From contig JBMCBU010000001.1 of NCBI GenBank assembly GCA_048623335.1, positions 1 through 45,973 of the forward strand: a DNA stretch of 45,973 bases. The letters are read 5' to 3'. The DNA is from Halapricum sp. (GTDB lineage: Archaea; Halobacteriota; Halobacteria; Halobacteriales; Haloarculaceae). Positions 10,274 to 18,549 of the stretch are shown here, piece after piece. The translations under genes and the position numbers were made by a program. The notes below the pieces were generated by a model. The model was not told the DNA's origin, did not search any database, and saw only the letters and a program-made list of their open reading frames with translations. Positions within the stretch are counted from its first letter, which is position 1; each line of letters begins with the position of its first letter.

Positions 10274-10301
10274 TACGTGAACTAGTCACGCACTTATATT
10301 T
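10274..10301 (-). promoter_or_regulatory. TATA box plus palindromic operator-like site TGCGTG-N7-CACGTA
   Basis: Minus strand reads aaatataag-tgcgtg-actagtt-cacgta. The same layout recurs at 22433-22461. Confidence 0.55.
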
Positions 10302-10333
10302 GTTGATCGCGTGGGGCTGTCGGACCCGTTCTG

Positions 10334-10432
10334 ATAGGGATTAGCGTAGAACTCCATAGATTTCTCTCGGGAAGCCGCTATCCATCACCCGATCGGAGGT
10401 GGATTTCTCCGATCGGCTACGCTAATCCCTAT
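10334..10432. mobile_element. MITE-like repeat family A, complete 99-bp copy
   Basis: Perfect 16-bp terminal inverted repeats atagggattagcgtag (10334-10349) and ctacgctaatccctat (10417-10432). Non-coding, with three other copies in the window. Confidence 0.85.
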
Positions 10433-10508
10433 GACAGGCACCCGTTTCGCATCGGTCGCTCGACTACCGGCGGTCGACCAACAGTCGAGATCGGCCCGTC
10501 GATGTCCG

Positions 10509-10564
10509 AACGCTCTCGTGGTATCCGCGTTGAACTAACGCTCTCGTGGTATCCGCGTTGAACT
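10509..10564. repeat. Perfect tandem duplication, 2 x 28 bp
   Basis: aacgctctcgtggtatccgcgttgaact occurs at 10509-10536 and 10537-10564. Confidence 0.95.
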
Positions 10565-10591
10565 AGTTGTACATACGCGAAGCCCACAATC

Positions 10592-11362
10592 TCAGCTCGG
10601 ATCTTCGACCCGCTCTTCGCCCTCGAAGTGCGCGGAGTTGTCCTGTGGGTCGTATCCCAACACGTCGCGGGCGCGCTCGATGGAGTAGTACTTGCGGTCG
10701 TTGTCGCTGATCCCGTAGACGATCTCGAAGTCGTAGTCCGCCTCCAGGGCACGCTGGTGGATGTGAGCACAGTCGGGATAGGAGAGCCACATGGCCTGGC
10801 CGCGCTCGTAGTCGATCGGCGGGTGCCCGCGGGTGAGGTTGCCGATCCGGATGTTACAGACGTCGATGCCGTATTCGTCGTGGTAGTACCGACCGAGGAT
10901 CTCGCCGGTGGCCTTCGAGACGCCGTAGAGGTTGCCGGGACGGGGGAGTTCGGTCCCATCCAGCAGGAAATCGTCGTCCTCCCGGTACATCTCGGGGGTA
11001 CGCTCGTCGGTCTCGAAAGCCCCGACGGCGTGGTTCGAGGACGCGTAGATGAACTTCTCGACGCCTTCGGCGACCGCGGCCTCGTACATGTTCTGCGTAC
11101 CGTCGATGTTGTTTTCCAGGACGCTGTCCCAGGAGGCCTCGGGACGGGGGTCGCCAGCGAGGTGGATGATCGCGGAGACGCCCTCAACGGCGGCCCGGAC
11201 GAGCGCCTCGTCGGTGACGTCGCCGATCATGTACTCGTGGTCCGGTTCCTCGTCCGGCGGGCTGTGCAATAGCAGTCGCCACTCGTATTCTTCGGCGAGT
11301 CCCTCGAGGATCGCCTCGCCGACGCGACCGCCAGCACCCGTGAGCAGAACGGGATCGTCCAT
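10592..11362 (-). CDS. azf: NAD-dependent glucose-6-phosphate dehydrogenase Azf (extended SDR/epimerase family)
   Basis: TGAGGRVG, IHLAGDPRP, ASSNHAVG, NLYGVSK and YGISDNDRKYYS. Confidence 0.8.
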   Translation of the reverse strand: MDDPVLLTGAGGRVGEAILEGLAEEYEWRLLLHSPPDEEPDHEYMIGDVTDEALVRAAVEGVSAIIHLAGDPRPEASWDSVLENNIDGTQNMYEAAVAEGVEKFIYASSNHAVGAFETDERTPEMYREDDDFLLDGTELPRPGNLYGVSKATGEILGRYYHDEYGIDVCNIRIGNLTRGHPPIDYERGQAMWLSYPDCAHIHQRALEADYDFEIVYGISDNDRKYYSIERARDVLGYDPQDNSAHFEGEERVEDPS

Positions 11363-11488
11363 CGAGTGTATCTGTGCGACCGGCCAGTAAGTAAGATGCG
11401 GTTCGCCTCGTCAACGATCCCTGCTGGCCGATCACACTCCGGCCCCCAGGCCGAAGCGCGTTTGGTCACGCCCCCCGAGTACACGGGT

Positions 11489-11830
11489 ATGCCCACCGAC
11501 GCCCAACAGGCGTGCTTCGAGGCCGGCATCAAGTTCGGATCGCTGTACCACCAGTTCGCCGGGACGCCAGTCAGCGCCGAGAGTGCCGACAGTCTCGCAG
11601 GAGCGATGGAGGAAGCGATCGAGAACCAGCCCTACTGTGCGTCCGTGACCGTCGAGATCCGGACCGATGTCCTCGCCGAGGAGATCGAGGCGGGCAGCGC
11701 CGAGTACACCGAACTCACCGGGCGGTTCCTCGACGTCGAAATCGAGATCGCCTACGAGGATCGGACTGTCCTCGCCAGCATGGAGATGGAAGACGGATAC
11801 CCGCTGATGCGCCTCGACCGCGTCGAGTGA
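11489..11830 (+). CDS. mptD: Archaeal dihydroneopterin aldolase
   Basis: ACFEAGIKFGSLYHQFAGTPVS, AIENQP, YTELTG and GYPLM. Confidence 0.88.
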   Translation: MPTDAQQACFEAGIKFGSLYHQFAGTPVSAESADSLAGAMEEAIENQPYCASVTVEIRTDVLAEEIEAGSAEYTELTGRFLDVEIEIAYEDRTVLASMEMEDGYPLMRLDRVE

Positions 11831-11866
11831 CGGTGGGTTTTTGATCGCTCCGGGAGGAGGCCACGT

Positions 11867-12928
11867 ATGGCACTGTATGCGACCGAGCGGATCGACGACG
11901 CGGTGTCGTTGACCCGGTCGTTGCTGTTCCCGTTCGATGCGGGACTGTGGGCGCGGCTCATCGTCGTCGTCTTCTTGCTCGGGCTGGGGTCCGGTGGAAA
12001 CGTCACGAGTCTGGGCTCGAACACGCCGTCGGCAGGTTCCTCAGCCGGGTCGACGGCCCCGGGTGCGGATGTGTCGATCGATCCCGGATCGGTCTCAATC
12101 GCGAGTGAAGCCGTGGTCGCGCTGGCGGCCATCGCGGTCGTGCTCGTGGTGATCTGGCTGGCGCTTGCCTGGCTGGGTGCGACGATGGAGTTCGTCTTCG
12201 TCGAGGGACTGTCGAACCGATCGGTGGCGATCCGCCGGGGACTGGGTCGCCACTGGGGTCGTGGCCTGCGACTGTTCGGCTTCCGGCTGGCACTGCTCGC
12301 GATCTCACTGGGTGTGTTCGCCGCGGCGACCCTCGCACTGTTCTGGGAACCGATCACGACCGCGCTCGGCGGCGGGTCGGTGGCGATCAGCGACACGCAA
12401 CTGTTCGTTGGGATCGGCACGCTCCTGCTCGTCGGGGCGATCGTGGGGCTGCCAGTCATCGCGATCCACTGGCTGACGACCGAACTCGTCGTGCCGATCA
12501 TGCTAGCCCGGGACCGCAACGTTCTGGCGTCCTGGCGGGGACTGCTCGCCTCGACCCGGACCCAGTGGAAGCAGTTCGGCACGTACGTACTCGTCGCTAT
12601 CGGGCTACGCATCGCGACGTCGGTCGCTGCCGGGATCGTGCTGGCGATCGTCGGCGTCGTGCTGGTGATTCCGTTTCTGATCGTCGGCCTCCTGGTGGGC
12701 CTGGGCGCGATCACGAGCGGTACGATCACGGCTCCGCTCGCTGTCGGGATCGTCCTGCTCGTCGTCGCGTTCGTGCTCGTGCTCGCGCTCGCGGGAGCAG
12801 TCGTGAACGTCCCGATCGAGTCGTTTCACCGCTACTTCGCGCTGCTCGTCGTCGGCGACCTCGAAGGCGACTTCGACGTGCTCGGTGGTATTCGCCCCCC
12901 GCTCTCGGACGATTCGTTCACAGCTTGA
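11867..12928 (+). CDS. Multi-pass membrane protein (conserved haloarchaeal hypothetical)
   Basis: Around 7-8 hydrophobic helices. SD-like ggagg upstream of the ATG. Confidence 0.8.
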   Translation: MALYATERIDDAVSLTRSLLFPFDAGLWARLIVVVFLLGLGSGGNVTSLGSNTPSAGSSAGSTAPGADVSIDPGSVSIASEAVVALAAIAVVLVVIWLALAWLGATMEFVFVEGLSNRSVAIRRGLGRHWGRGLRLFGFRLALLAISLGVFAAATLALFWEPITTALGGGSVAISDTQLFVGIGTLLLVGAIVGLPVIAIHWLTTELVVPIMLARDRNVLASWRGLLASTRTQWKQFGTYVLVAIGLRIATSVAAGIVLAIVGVVLVIPFLIVGLLVGLGAITSGTITAPLAVGIVLLVVAFVLVLALAGAVVNVPIESFHRYFALLVVGDLEGDFDVLGGIRPPLSDDSFTA

Positions 12929-12937
12929 GACGCCCGA

Positions 12938-12953
12938 TTTCACTTTCACTTTC
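12938..12953 (+). promoter_or_regulatory. TTTCACTTTCA(CTTTC) haloarchaeal UV/DNA-damage response-type motif
   Basis: tttcactttcactttc lies ~40-55 nt upstream of ATG 12993 and upstream of a TATA-like catttag. It matches the motif described upstream of radA and other UV-induced Halobacterium genes. Confidence 0.7.
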
Positions 12954-12992
12954 GGGCGTGCATTTAGGTTCCGTGGTGTCGAATCACACGGT

Positions 12993-13385
12993 ATGAGTCA
13001 GGCGACGTTCGACGACGACGAACTGTTCGACGAAGCGGCGACCGACATGCGTGCTGACGTCGAAGAGAGCCTCGAAGCCGCGCGCGAGGCGCTCCCGGAA
13101 GTCGAGGCGATCTGGGAGACCGACGCCGACAACACCCTCGGCGTGCTCAACGGGCTCAAGACGGCACTCGATGTCGGCGACGCGGAAGACGCGCTTCGAG
13201 ACGCCAAGAAGTGGTACACGATGGGCAAGCGAGCGGACGCCTTCGAAGACGCGGACGATCTCGAAGCGGCGATCACGGAGGTCGAAACGCTCATCACCGA
13301 CATCGAAGCGGCACACGATGCGGTCGGCGATCTCGCCGGGACGATTCCGACGATCAAAAGCGCCCTCGAAGACGACGAGAAGTAG
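12993..13385 (+). CDS. Conserved haloarchaeal acidic helical protein (DUF5790-like)
   Basis: MSQATFDDDELF..., LGVLNGLK and DAKKWYTMG.RADAF. Confidence 0.8.
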   Translation: MSQATFDDDELFDEAATDMRADVEESLEAAREALPEVEAIWETDADNTLGVLNGLKTALDVGDAEDALRDAKKWYTMGKRADAFEDADDLEAAITEVETLITDIEAAHDAVGDLAGTIPTIKSALEDDEK

Positions 13386-13396
13386 CGTCGCTCCCG

Positions 13397-14140
13397 TCAC
13401 CGGTGTGACGGCCGCGTCAGATCGCGCTCGGCGACCACGGCTAGGAGGTCGATCAGCGCCGTGGTCGCGTCCGCGAGCAGCCGTTCGCCCAGTTCTGCGT
13501 CGCCAGCTCCCGGATCGCCGATCGCCCCGCTCTCGCTGAACTCCGCGAAGTCGTAGGTCAGGTTCGTCCCCTGCTCGAACTCGCCGAACCCGTCGCCGGC
13601 ACCCGCCGCGGCCTCGTCGACGCGATCCTCGTGGACGAGGTCGGGACGGACTGCCTGGACGAACGCCGTCTCCGCTGGCCCACCGTGGCCCAGCTCGATC
13701 CCGTAGGCTTCGAAATCGAGGGCGTCGAACCACGTCCAGGGCACGGCGTAGGCGTCGCCGCTTCGGGTGATCGACCCGCAGACTTCCCGGAGTGCGTCGG
13801 TGTTGCCCCCGTGGCCGTTGACGACGACGATTCGGTCCCAGCCGTGGCTGGCGAGACTCTCGATCGTCTCCCTGACGTACGCCCGGAACGTGTCCTCGCT
13901 CACCCACAGCGAGCCGGTAAACTGGCGGTGCTCCTCCGAGATGCCGACGTTCACTGGCGGGGCGACGACGACCTCGCCGTCGGAGGCCTCGGCGGCCTCG
14001 GCGGCGATCGTTTCGGCGCTCAGGGCGTCGGTGCCCATCGGCGCGTGCGGGCCGTGCTGTTCGGTGCTCCCGGTCGGCAACACAGCCAGGTCGGTCTCGG
14101 CGGCGTCGGCGTCAGTCCAGGTCGTCTCCGCGAGGTGCAT
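13397..14140 (-). CDS. Creatininase/creatinine amidohydrolase family protein (possibly ArfB-type Fapy deformylase)
   Basis: LPTGSTEQHGPH..MGTD, GISEEH, VNGHGGN and GHGGPAET. Confidence 0.88.
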   Translation of the reverse strand: MHLAETTWTDADAAETDLAVLPTGSTEQHGPHAPMGTDALSAETIAAEAAEASDGEVVVAPPVNVGISEEHRQFTGSLWVSEDTFRAYVRETIESLASHGWDRIVVVNGHGGNTDALREVCGSITRSGDAYAVPWTWFDALDFEAYGIELGHGGPAETAFVQAVRPDLVHEDRVDEAAAGAGDGFGEFEQGTNLTYDFAEFSESGAIGDPGAGDAELGERLLADATTALIDLLAVVAERDLTRPSHR

Positions 14141-14270
14141 ACGTCGGCTACGCGTGCCGACGGGAAAGTCCGACCGGTCCGGAACTGGTGGGTCGCGACG
14201 GACGCGGTCGATCGGTCCTGTCGGACCGAGAGCGCGTCGCTTAAACGACTGAACCGCCTACCGGCGCACA

Positions 14271-15413
14271 ATGAGTCGATCCGGCGAATTCTGCCCGCGC
14301 TGTGGTGATCCCATCGAGCGCGACTCCGAGGTTCGTCTGCCGGACAGCGACGGTCAGCGCGATCCCGACCACGTCCTCTGTGACGCCTGTTATTTCGAGG
14401 AGTTCGACCTCGTGGACGCCCCCGATCGGGTCCAGGTGCGGGTCTGCTCGCAGTGTGGGGCCGTCCACCGGGGGAACCGGTGGGTCGACGTGGGTGCCGA
14501 AGCGTATACCGACGTGGCCGTCGATGCGGTCTCGGAGGCGCTTGGCGTGCACGTCGACGCCGAGAGCGTCTCCTGGCAGGTCGCCCCCGAGGAGGTCGAC
14601 GAGACGACGATCCGGATGCACTGCCAGTTCTCGGGCGTGATCCGCGAGACGCCAGTCGCCGAAGAGGTGGTCGTCCCCGTACGGATCAGCCGGGAGACCT
14701 GTGACCGATGCGGGAAGATCGCGGGCGGGTCGTTCGCCAGTGTCGTCCAGGTCCGGGCCGACAAGCGGGCTCCGACCGACGCGGAGATCGCCCGGGCACG
14801 GGAGATCGCCGAGTCTTACGTCGCCGCCCGCGAGGAGACGGGCGATCGAAACGCCTTCATCACGGAGGTCAACGAGGTCGAGGAGGGGCTGAACCTGAAG
14901 ATTTCGACGAACCAGCTCGGGCAGGGGATCGCCAAACGGATCGTCGACGAACTCGGTGGGTCATTCACCGATTCGGAACGGCTGATCTCCGAAGACAGCG
15001 ACGGCAACAAGCTCTATCGGGTGACCTACGCGGTCCGGCTGCCACGGTATCGGCCGGGCGAGATCATCGATCCGGAGGACGGTGACGGCCCCGTGCTGGT
15101 TACGAGCGTCCAGGGCAACCTCAAGGGGACTCGCCTGGCCAGTGGTGATCGCTACGAGGCGTCCTTCGAGGATGAGAACGCACCAGACGCCCGTCGGCTC
15201 GGCGAACGTGCGGACGGCGCGGAGACGACGCTCGTGGCTATCGAGGACGAACACGCCGTGCAGGTGCTCGATCCCGAAACCTACGAGACGAAGTCGATCC
15301 CGCGACCCGCGTTTCTCGATCCCGGCGCCGAGACAGTGTCGGTTCTGAAGAGCCGTTCGGGACTGCATCTCCTTCCCGAGCGTGGACACGCGAGCGGTGA
15401 GAGCGATGCTTGA
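14271..15413 (+). CDS. Archaeal NMD3 (ribosome export/biogenesis factor family)
   Basis: Four CxxC pairs (CPRC, CDAC, CSQC, CDRC), VVQVRA and LYRVTYAVRLP. TATA cttaaa about 30 nt upstream. Confidence 0.88.
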   Translation: MSRSGEFCPRCGDPIERDSEVRLPDSDGQRDPDHVLCDACYFEEFDLVDAPDRVQVRVCSQCGAVHRGNRWVDVGAEAYTDVAVDAVSEALGVHVDAESVSWQVAPEEVDETTIRMHCQFSGVIRETPVAEEVVVPVRISRETCDRCGKIAGGSFASVVQVRADKRAPTDAEIARAREIAESYVAAREETGDRNAFITEVNEVEEGLNLKISTNQLGQGIAKRIVDELGGSFTDSERLISEDSDGNKLYRVTYAVRLPRYRPGEIIDPEDGDGPVLVTSVQGNLKGTRLASGDRYEASFEDENAPDARRLGERADGAETTLVAIEDEHAVQVLDPETYETKSIPRPAFLDPGAETVSVLKSRSGLHLLPERGHASGESDA

Positions 15414-16482
15414 GGACCACGCCTCGGCCGGAAGTGACGATTCCCTCGCCGTTGTCGTCGCCAAGCCCCGTGCGCAGGAGGTTATCGACGGCCTGCAGGA
15501 TGAGGGCGTCTACGACACCGACCGGAGCGTCACCGAACACGACGATGACGCGGTCGCGATTCCCGTGACCGAACCGCCCCAGTCGGTCAACTACCGTGAC
15601 GTCGTCCGTCAAGTCGGCGAACCGCGCCTCCGGACGCTCGAAGACCACCTTCGCAAGCGTGGCTGGAGCGACGAAGAAATCGACGCTGCACCCGGCTCCT
15701 GGGCAGTTATCGGGTCGGTCGTTCTCGTCGAAATGGGCGATGCACCACGGCCCGGGGAAGTCGGCGACGCGTTGCTGAGGATGCACGGCGAGGCCGACAC
15801 CGTCCTCGCGCGCGGTCCCATCTCGGGTATGCACCGCGAACCGGACGTGACCGTCGTCGCCGGCGAGGGAGATACCCGGACCGTCCATCGCGAACATGGA
15901 ATCGAGTACGGACTCGACCTTTCGAAAGTGATGTTCTCACCCGGAAACAAGGCCGAGCGGGCACGGATGGGGACGATCGTGGAGCCGAACGAGCGGGTGC
16001 TCGACATGTTCGCGGGGATCGGCTACTTCACCCTCCCGATGGCCGACGCCGGCGCGGAGGTGATCGCGATCGAGCACAACCCGGCTGCCTTCGAGTTCCT
16101 GCTGGAAAACGCGATGCGCAACGGCGTCCACCAGCGGGTCCAGGCCTACCGTGCGGACAATCGCGACGTGCTCGCCGAGGGACTGGACGCCTTCGGCGAC
16201 GCGTCGACCGTCGACCGAATCGTGATGGGCTACTACGACGCGACCGAACAAGGCGAGGACGGCTACACCTATCTCGGCCCCGCGCTGGAGGCGCTCGCAC
16301 CCGGCGGGACGATCCACGTCCACGAGGCGACGCCCGAACCGCTGGCCTTCGATCGACCGATCGAGCGACTCGAAGACGCTGCCAGTTCCCAGGGACGGTC
16401 AGTCACGGTGCTCGATGCCCGCCGCGTCAAAGGCTACAGCGAGGGTGTCGTCCACGTCGTCGTGGACGCGCGAATCGAGTGA
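15406..16482 (+). CDS. Met-10+/Trm5/TYW2-family SAM-dependent tRNA-modifying enzyme
   Basis: LDLSKVMFSPGNKAERARM, VLDMFAGIGYFTLP and DRIVMGY. Overlaps the NMD3 stop. Confidence 0.82.
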   Translation: MLEDHASAGSDDSLAVVVAKPRAQEVIDGLQDEGVYDTDRSVTEHDDDAVAIPVTEPPQSVNYRDVVRQVGEPRLRTLEDHLRKRGWSDEEIDAAPGSWAVIGSVVLVEMGDAPRPGEVGDALLRMHGEADTVLARGPISGMHREPDVTVVAGEGDTRTVHREHGIEYGLDLSKVMFSPGNKAERARMGTIVEPNERVLDMFAGIGYFTLPMADAGAEVIAIEHNPAAFEFLLENAMRNGVHQRVQAYRADNRDVLAEGLDAFGDASTVDRIVMGYYDATEQGEDGYTYLGPALEALAPGGTIHVHEATPEPLAFDRPIERLEDAASSQGRSVTVLDARRVKGYSEGVVHVVVDARIE

Positions 16483-16525
16483 TCGTGACGAAAAGGCTAA
16501 TTGTGCCGCTGATCGACTAGCCGAT

Positions 16526-16612
16526 ATGAACAGACAACAGATCCTCGCGGTCATCCTCACCATCCTCATGATCGGTTCGTCGATCGCGTACGGTGCGGCG
16601 CTGATTTTCTAG
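16526..16612 (+). CDS. 28-aa single-helix membrane microprotein
   Basis: MNRQQILAVILTILMIGSSIAYGAALIF, with a TATA-like ggctaatt about 28 nt upstream of the ATG. Confidence 0.65.
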   Translation: MNRQQILAVILTILMIGSSIAYGAALIF

Positions 16613-16633
16613 CGTGGTTCGAACGACAGCTCG

Positions 16634-16770
16634 TAGTGATTATTGTCGGTCTGTTCCGGATCGACCGCACGACGTCGTCCTCGTGGATGGAACGAACGAG
16701 GGCTCGGAAGTCGAGCGCCGCGCGTCTTCCGGCGTGCGGTCGGACCGGTGAATCGCTACACTACTCACTA
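16634..16770. repeat. Palindromic REP/MITE-like repeat family B with a 61-nt insert in the central loop
   Basis: tagtga...tcacta termini, gtctgttccggatcgaccgcacg left arm and cgtgcggtcg right arm. Homologous to 35805-35883 and 45455-45534. Confidence 0.75.
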
Positions 16771-16772
16771 TC

Positions 16773-16864
16773 AGAGGAAGTAGCGTAGCCGATCGGGGGA
16801 CTAGCATCACCGGTCGGGTGACGGATATCGATTTCACTCCGTGCATTTGGACGCTGATCCCGAT
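16773..16864. mobile_element. MITE-like repeat family A, degenerate reverse copy
   Basis: tagcgtagccgatcgg...cgggtgacggatatcgatttc...acgctgatcccgat matches the reverse complement of 10334-10432. Confidence 0.65.
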
Positions 16865-17574
16865 CAGTTCGATTCGTCGTCGCTTTCGTACCGTTGCAGG
16901 GCCGTCTCGAAGCCGCGCTTGGCCTGCTCGTACGTCTCGCGGAGGTCGGCGATCGGCGTCTCGGTCGCGTCGACCCGCAGGTCGTCGTAGTAGGGGTCGA
17001 TCTCTCGGTGTTCGGTCGAGCGAACGAGTAGGGCAGCACTCTGGACCGGGAGGTCCTCGCGCTTGTCGCCGCCTTCGGCGTGACCGGCTTCGAGCGCGTC
17101 GATCAGCCGTGCTGCGAGTGGACGCTCCGGATCAGTATCCGGGTCGTCTGGCGCGGTAATCTCGTAGGCCGTCGCGGTCGCGTCGATGACCGACTCGCCG
17201 GTCAAGAGGTTGCCCGCGACGGTGTAGTTCTCGCCGACGCGATGTCCGTACCAGGGTTTGCACTCCTCGCCCGAGAAGACGAACTCCCCCTCGGTCCCGA
17301 CGCCGTGGAGCTGGCGCTGGTCGCGCCCCTCGTCGGCGTTGAGCAGTGCCTCGAGCGCGTCCTCGACGGCCAGCCCATCGTCCAGGTATTCGATGCCCTT
17401 CCGGCCGAGTTCGACGTTGACGAGGCTCTGGGTAGCGACCGCTCCGTTCTCGCTGGCGAACGGGCAAAGCGTCCCAACGCCGGGTAGTCTGGTCGTGACC
17501 GCGACGCCGAACCGGGTCTGTTCGGTGCCGTCCCCGTCGCGATAACGCTCGCGAACGCAGATACTGAACGTCAT
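16864..17574 (-). CDS. DUF1028 / Ntn-hydrolase-like family protein
   Basis: N-terminal MTFSI, GVAVTT, GAVATQS, AGNLL, GGDKR and DLRVD. Confidence 0.85.
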   Translation of the reverse strand: MTFSICVRERYRDGDGTEQTRFGVAVTTRLPGVGTLCPFASENGAVATQSLVNVELGRKGIEYLDDGLAVEDALEALLNADEGRDQRQLHGVGTEGEFVFSGEECKPWYGHRVGENYTVAGNLLTGESVIDATATAYEITAPDDPDTDPERPLAARLIDALEAGHAEGGDKREDLPVQSAALLVRSTEHREIDPYYDDLRVDATETPIADLRETYEQAKRGFETALQRYESDDESN

Positions 17575-17679
17575 GATTCGACAATCGAATGGCTGTGACG
17601 TTACTCTACCGGCTGTCGTCGCAGAGCGACAGCTGGGTTCCCACCTTCGATATGACCGGGACAACGACGTGGATCCCGA

Positions 17680-18429
17680 TCATCGCCGCCCGATAGCGTC
17701 CCGGCCGGCGGAGACGATCTGCATCGGCAGTCCTTCCGCATCCCGCGGCGGATCGTCCGGGAGCGTCCGGAACTCGCCGGCACCGCGTTTCGCAGTGAGA
17801 GCCAGGACCATCGCGTCGAGGAGGTCGTCTCGATTCGACTCGCCGATGCGTCGCGCCCAGGCCGGCTGTGCGTCCAGCGATGCCTCGAACCGCTCGTAGA
17901 CGCCCGCAATCGAATCGTCGAGACCTTCGAGTACTGCTCGTCGTGCCTCGATACCGTCATCGTCGTGCTTCGAGGGAAGCGACCCGCCGTCGTACAGCGC
18001 GGTGAAACAGACTTCCGGGTGCGATTCGAGAATCGTCGTCTCCGCGTCGACCCCGTCCCGGAGGAGCCGATCGACCTCCTGGATGTGCGGGATCAACCCC
18101 CACGCCTGACTCGAGAGACTGTCCCCGCGACAGTCCTCGTTGGCCTGTTTCGCCTGTTCGTAGGTGGGCGCCTCGACGGCCACACGACACGGCGTCCAGA
18201 AGACGCTACTCGAGCGGCTCCCGAGAAACTCCTTTGCCTGCCGGTCACATTCTCGACGCCGACTTTCGGGTAGCCCGATCGGCATGTCGACGAGGATCGC
18301 GTCCGCGTCGCGATGGGTGAACCACACGCTGTGCATCGAGGGGTGCATCCGCGCGGTCCAGTCGCCGCCGTCCGTTGCGACGACCAACCAGCCGCGTGAT
18401 GCCCAGTCGACGCCGACGTACCGAGCCAT
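17680..18429 (-). CDS. DUF429 predicted RNase H-fold nuclease
   Basis: YVGVDW...GW, ILVDMPIGL, R.CD, ESHPEV.F and DDLLDA. Confidence 0.85.
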   Translation of the reverse strand: MARYVGVDWASRGWLVVATDGGDWTARMHPSMHSVWFTHRDADAILVDMPIGLPESRRRECDRQAKEFLGSRSSSVFWTPCRVAVEAPTYEQAKQANEDCRGDSLSSQAWGLIPHIQEVDRLLRDGVDAETTILESHPEVCFTALYDGGSLPSKHDDDGIEARRAVLEGLDDSIAGVYERFEASLDAQPAWARRIGESNRDDLLDAMVLALTAKRGAGEFRTLPDDPPRDAEGLPMQIVSAGRDAIGRR

Positions 18430-18549
18430 GGTCCGGCATTGGTAGCCCGGAACAGTAAATCCCGGCAGTCGGCTAGAGGTCGCGACGGACGCGATCGTCT
18501 CTCGGTGGGTTTTACAGCGCACGCGTCCCGACAGAAGACGAGGGACACC

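Noticed and set aside
9975-10280. 101-aa plus-strand ORF over the candidate ncRNA, considered as a YcaO precursor
   Set aside because: Not acidic, no recognisable family, and no leader/core organisation. The region is better explained by minus-strand RNA structure.
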